NCBI GenBank assembly: GCA_964036045.1
Contig: OZ038378.1
Coordinates: forward strand, 118,048,001-118,112,000
Direction of reading: 5' to 3'
Source of the DNA: Eutreptiella sp. 'Long Island Sound 2002'
Lineage: Eukaryota; Protista; Euglenida
Length of the DNA: 64,000 bases
Positions within the stretch are counted from its first letter, which is position 1, and each line of letters starts with the position of its first letter. The notes under the pieces are model-generated. The model had not been told where the DNA came from and did not search any database. It worked only from the letters and a program-made list of their open reading frames with translations. The position numbers were made by a program, and so were the translations under genes. Shown here piece after piece: positions 59,603-64,000 of the stretch.

Positions 59603-61764
59603 ACCATCTCCAACCAGGGGTTGGTTGGTCAATGGTTGCTTTAAGGCAACAGGAGGACCTGCATCTTCCTGCAGTGGACTACTCCCTGGACAACAGGAAG
59701 TTGTTACCAAAGCTGTGCCACCTACTTCTACAGAAGTGTGGCTCATTGGCTGCCCAAGGCCGGCAGAAACCCCCACCACCCCATGCCACCCTGACCTTAG
59801 GCCTCTACGCAGACGGTTACCAGCCCCGGGGCCGTCCAAATATTAACACAAAAATCAGTATAATTGATTTCCAGGGACACTGGTTCCCAATGTCTGGCAA
59901 TGTGCCTAGGTGCACAGACATGTTGACCTGGCAAGCGCTTTCCAAGGTCAGTGATTGCAAGTGGCTACCCAAACGTGCAGAGGCCTTACAAGCCCTGCCT
60001 TCTTGTAAATTTAAGCAACGTATGAAGTATGCTGGTGCAGTGTACAACACCACCCTGCAGATAAGGCTCCGGGCAATCGCTGCCGATCACCACCTCTTGT
60101 GGTCTGAGTGCCGGCAAAAGGGCTGTGTGGCGTGTCCCAGGGTGAATAAGGATGGGGCGGGAGAACTCTTTTTGCACAAAGGGGGATGTCTCAATGTCGT
60201 GCGTGGGTCCCATAAGTTTCAGGGGGTTTCTAACCTGGAAGAGGTATATATTGTGCAACCTGTATTGCACAACACCAAAGGAGCAGCCTCCAGGATCCTG
60301 GGTGTCATAGGTCGAACACTACCAGCGCCCTACGACCATGACCTACTCCCCGTCATAGCACATGTGGCAAGGAGGTATGATCCTGGATCTTTGCCACCTG
60401 ATAGCAGGCAGCACATGCGTCACGTACGAGGTAGATTTCAGGCAGGCAATAGCCTCACAGGTCGCGAGGCCCGCACAGTCATGGGCAGACTAGCAGGGGG
60501 TATGGTGCTCCCCCTGCCTTTCCATTCCTTGGTGGTGGCATTTTGCCACATGGTGCATCTATGCTATGGTTGTAATAACCTGGCAACTGTCACATGGCAA
60601 GCTATGGGGATGTTGTACACATATATTGTGCACATCATCCCCGAGTTTGCTGAAGAAGGTTGCACTGCAACCTTATATATGCGTGGGTGGTCCCACACAT
60701 GGTTTCATCCACGGACACCCATGCTGTATTCCGATGAGGCCGGCGAGCGGGATCTGAGGGTGGCCAAGAGATATGCCCCCGTCACTAGTACCAGGCAAGA
60801 TGCCAGTATTAGTGAAAGTTTGAAGCATGAGCTGTATCAGAATTTCGTGCAGAAAAAAAAGAAGATTCCCTGTGTCAAAATTTGGGCGCCCGTGCAACAA
60901 AACGTTGTTCTGGAGGCGTGCATGGTTGCTGCCAATGCCGTGTGGCATGTGGTCTTCCAACGCCTCTTAGAGCATTTGCTGCATTTCCAGGATGGAGGTG
61001 GTTGCTCCCTATATATGCACCCAGACACCCGTTCGGTGAAATGCGCCTTTCCAGGTGCAAATCCCGAGAGTGATGTGGTATGTGTGTGTGAGATCTGTGG
61101 CTCAAAGCGTGGTGTCCGTCAATGGGTACCACTGGACAGGGAAGCTGTCTGCAAGTGGCCCAAACTGGGTTTGAAGAGCCGTGCCACATTTAAGTCCTGT
61201 GCTGCACGCCGTAAGGCGCTGAAGGACAAGGGAAAGGGTAAGGGACGTGTGGGGCCCATCCCTCAAAGCCGAGTTTCTAACCCTGCGACAGTTGATATTG
61301 TACCCCCTTCGGAGGGCGAGGACAGTGCTGCTTCATTTCAAGGTCCTACGGGTTTGAACGAGCAGCAGTGTGTTCAACCCATGAGACGTACGAAGTTGGC
61401 GCGTGTACCCATTGTTGATAGCGACATTGAGCAGCAACCTGTGTGCCCTCGTGGCAGTGGCAGTAGCAGCAGTAACAGTAGCAACAACAGCAGCAGCAGC
61501 AGCAGGAGCAGCAGCAGCAGCAGTGATAGTGGGAGCAGTAGCAGTCTTGAGGATAATGATTCAGATGATGATGCTGTGCACTTATCTGGTGCCACCACAG
61601 TAAGTGCCTCAGATTCTTCCTCATCATCCAGTGACAACCCTGAACCCCAACCTCAACCCAAGAAGTATCGCCATGTGGTGGTGGATGTGGATGCCATGTC
61701 AAGCGATGGCTGTCCTGTGCAGATGCTCAGCGAAGGAGAGTACAGCATTCACAGTTCAAGCTGA
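59572..61764 (+). CDS. RAG1/Transib-like DDE transposase (family B), uninterrupted 730-codon ORF
   Basis: Motifs: LGLYADG (D81), AIAADHHLL (D172), GCVAC, PVLHNTKG, LTGREARTVM, TLYMRGWSH, YSDEAGERDLRVAKRY (E392), TRQDASISESLKHELY. Order and spacing match RAG1 core motifs as I recall them. Confidence 0.75.
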   Translation: MVPAAVLRTLDHLQPGVGWSMVALRQQEDLHLPAVDYSLDNRKLLPKLCHLLLQKCGSLAAQGRQKPPPPHATLTLGLYADGYQPRGRPNINTKISIIDFQGHWFPMSGNVPRCTDMLTWQALSKVSDCKWLPKRAEALQALPSCKFKQRMKYAGAVYNTTLQIRLRAIAADHHLLWSECRQKGCVACPRVNKDGAGELFLHKGGCLNVVRGSHKFQGVSNLEEVYIVQPVLHNTKGAASRILGVIGRTLPAPYDHDLLPVIAHVARRYDPGSLPPDSRQHMRHVRGRFQAGNSLTGREARTVMGRLAGGMVLPLPFHSLVVAFCHMVHLCYGCNNLATVTWQAMGMLYTYIVHIIPEFAEEGCTATLYMRGWSHTWFHPRTPMLYSDEAGERDLRVAKRYAPVTSTRQDASISESLKHELYQNFVQKKKKIPCVKIWAPVQQNVVLEACMVAANAVWHVVFQRLLEHLLHFQDGGGCSLYMHPDTRSVKCAFPGANPESDVVCVCEICGSKRGVRQWVPLDREAVCKWPKLGLKSRATFKSCAARRKALKDKGKGKGRVGPIPQSRVSNPATVDIVPPSEGEDSAASFQGPTGLNEQQCVQPMRRTKLARVPIVDSDIEQQPVCPRGSGSSSSNSSNNSSSSSRSSSSSSDSGSSSSLEDNDSDDDAVHLSGATTVSASDSSSSSSDNPEPQPQPKKYRHVVVDVDAMSSDGCPVQMLSEGEYSIHSSS

Positions 61765-61911
61765 AATGAACAGGCAAGCCACTGAGCATTCACATTTCAA
61801 GCGTAAGTGAACGGTCATGCTTGTCTTTTTGTGTGTTTCCTTGCTGAGGTGTGGGATTTGGGAACCAAGAACGGTGTAGGTCATTGTACAAAAAACCGAT
61901 GGAAAAACGCC

Positions 61912-62049
61912 TGGAAGTTTTTGAAATCCCTCGGAAAGATGCTCGGAAGTTTTGGGAGCCAGATCGGGTTTTCAAACGCAACCGATATCGGTAGGAATGT
62001 TCCATGGGCTTCCCAGCCGACCGTGCCGGGGGAGCTCGGAAGAAATTTT
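61912..62049 (+). repeat. 138-bp direct repeat, copy 2
   Basis: Matches 51586-51723. Confidence 0.95.
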
Positions 62050-64000
62050 GGCCGTGACTTCCGAGATCAACCCTGCAATATGAGTCCCATTTGCTGAGCA
62101 TGAATGCTGAGCATCCCCAAATATCCTGAGCAATATGCTCAGCATTTTCCTACCATTTTTTACCTTCTATGCTGTGCGTCCCAGCACCATGTGTCACCCC
62201 CGTCCCCCACTTGTTTTTTACTATGGCATCCACTCTTTGATGGTGGCGAGACACTAAATCCTAAGGTACCTTAGTTGGTAGTTGTATTCAAGTCTAACAC
62301 CAAAGCTCCCAACTGCAATTCCAGTGTGTGCAATCTTAGTGGCTTCGCTATTGTGGTCTTTTTCATGTCTACATGTTACCCACAGGACTTTGTTTGGCTT
62401 CTTTTTTTTTTGGTTTGTTTAATGTCCGCGTGTTACCCCAAGCGGTGACCCTCCAACTGCCATCAGTTACCCACCGCCCGCCAGCAGTCAACCACCAACC
62501 GCCATCGGTTACCCACCACTGCCATGGTAGGGCTTATTGGACACTCCGAGTTTTTTTTTCCATTACGGCACCCCCTCGACGAGGCCCTAGGGAGGATCCC
62601 CTTCAGGTGTTCTCACGAAGGGACACATGCGATGCGCAACGTAGTCCTAGCATGATGTCCGTAACTCAGTGTAGAGTCAGAGGAGCCGACGGATGCTGAT
62701 GTAGTGCCCCGCCGTCCGCAAGGGGGCACGAAGGAGGCCACAGGGTCAGGAAGGCCAAGGGCAAGGGCTACGGCCGAGGTATCTAATGCTATTGGTGCGC
62801 CTCCAGTCACCGGTTGTCCTAGTGTAGGCTGGTGAAGTGCGAGTCCCGGAAGGAACACTGCGGCAAATGTGGCGAGCGAGCACATCTGCAGGAGCTTTGT
62901 GAGGCAACCATGGCGAGTCGTGAGTTGTACATGGCACAGTACGGCAGGCGGTGGGAATGGACAGTGAACTTTGTCCGGAACGTGGAGGGGGAGAGGCACC
63001 GGTCTGGGGAGCACAACGGGTCTCCAAAAGGACGAGCCGCTCGAGATGGCGGTTGCGGTTTTTTTGGCCGGGCGGGCAGCGTATATGAAGTTTGGTTTGA
63101 TAGATTAGCACAGAGGTAGCCTGACGGTTTTCCGGCGGCATTGGAAGAAGCCGCGGAGGGCTAAGGTGCGAGAGCAGCCCGACAGAGGCAGCGGAGTGTA
63201 AACGCAGAGCGGGGCGATGGCAGCGGGGGTTTCCGGGAGGCGGAGGTTAAGGGTTACGAAGATCAGTATGACCTTGGGCGGTGATAGTGGGCTACGAGGG
63301 CCATTCAAAGATTGCAATACAAGGGGCGGAAGCAAGTTGGGACCCTGTGACCGGGACGTACCAGGGGTACGTGCGCCCAGCAATCACACTCACGACAACA
63401 GACATGGTGGCGCGACAAACCTGCTCGTGAGTAGAAGGTTCACCAAAGAGGCACTAGTGGGCGCTGTTGGGATGAGGGGCGTCGTGGTGCGACACTATGG
63501 CACCGCGGCTGTTTGGAGTGGGAGTAGGGAGACCCCGTGGTTTGGCGGTGGCAACGGAGCACGGAGGAGACGCCACCACCACGTATGTGTGCAGGCTAGC
63601 GATACAACAACATTACGTTTGCATCTCCCCGGAGGGGGTTGTCGGGCATTGGCTAGAGATTTTCTTCTGCGTGTACCGCACCTACGGGAGTGGGCTCTGC
63701 CGGGTCCGGTGGATGGATAGTGTCTCACAGTGGCCCTCCACACGCTGGCACTGGGGCTGCTGACGCTAGTCGACTACCTCCGGGACAGCCTCCACACATG
63801 GATTCGGGTGAGGGCAGAGGACGTCACACTGGGCCGTTGGTGGGAACATTATCGCATGCGGGATGGTCAAGACCGCGTCGGGGTGCGCCTGAGTGGCGTT
63901 GATGGGGTGTTGTACTGGTGCTACAGGCGCGCGCACGTCGCCTTAACGACGGCCCTTCCCATTGGGCGTGACAGGTGGAGATGTCTAGAGCGGCCGGGGA

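Noticed and set aside
62370-64000. LINE RNase H/RT remnant at the window end
   Set aside because: There are only vague partial motifs in conflicting frames; I could not support a call.

Overview
This is eukaryotic, repeat-rich DNA, probably from a protist: it has GT-AG exons, microsatellites and nested, mostly decayed transposons. The lineage cannot be fixed from the sequence. The most notable content is a set of RAG1/Transib-like DDE transposases. One is an uninterrupted 730-codon ORF at 59572-61764 that keeps D81, D172 and E392, a CxxC, an LH motif and a RAG1-like C-terminal block. Three decayed copies of a second family lie at about 3.3-5.0, 10.9-12.1 and 25.0-26.4 kb. Next to the first decayed copy, on the same strand, are remnants resembling a SET domain, a His-Asp-Cys (Ulp1-like) protease and a PhyH-like 2OG-Fe(II) dioxygenase, plus a recurring unknown ORF family. 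Together these suggest large, intron-containing Transib-like elements carrying chromatin-related cargo. Also present are a DIRS1-like retrotransposon remnant (RT-RNaseH-MT-YR, 1-2960, minus strand), a Ty3/gypsy RNaseH-integrase remnant (12.1-14.6 kb) and weak LINE remnants (44.8-50.3 kb). A 2.57-kb piggyBac-like TIR element (37924-40494), a tRNA-derived SINE-like piece, 149-bp, ~41-bp and 17-bp tandem arrays and palindromic AATTCGTACGAATT clusters were also found. Scattered exons of a host gene, including a P-loop kinase-like exon, lie between about 28 and 38 kb. All protein calls rest on motifs recognised by eye; no database search was run.
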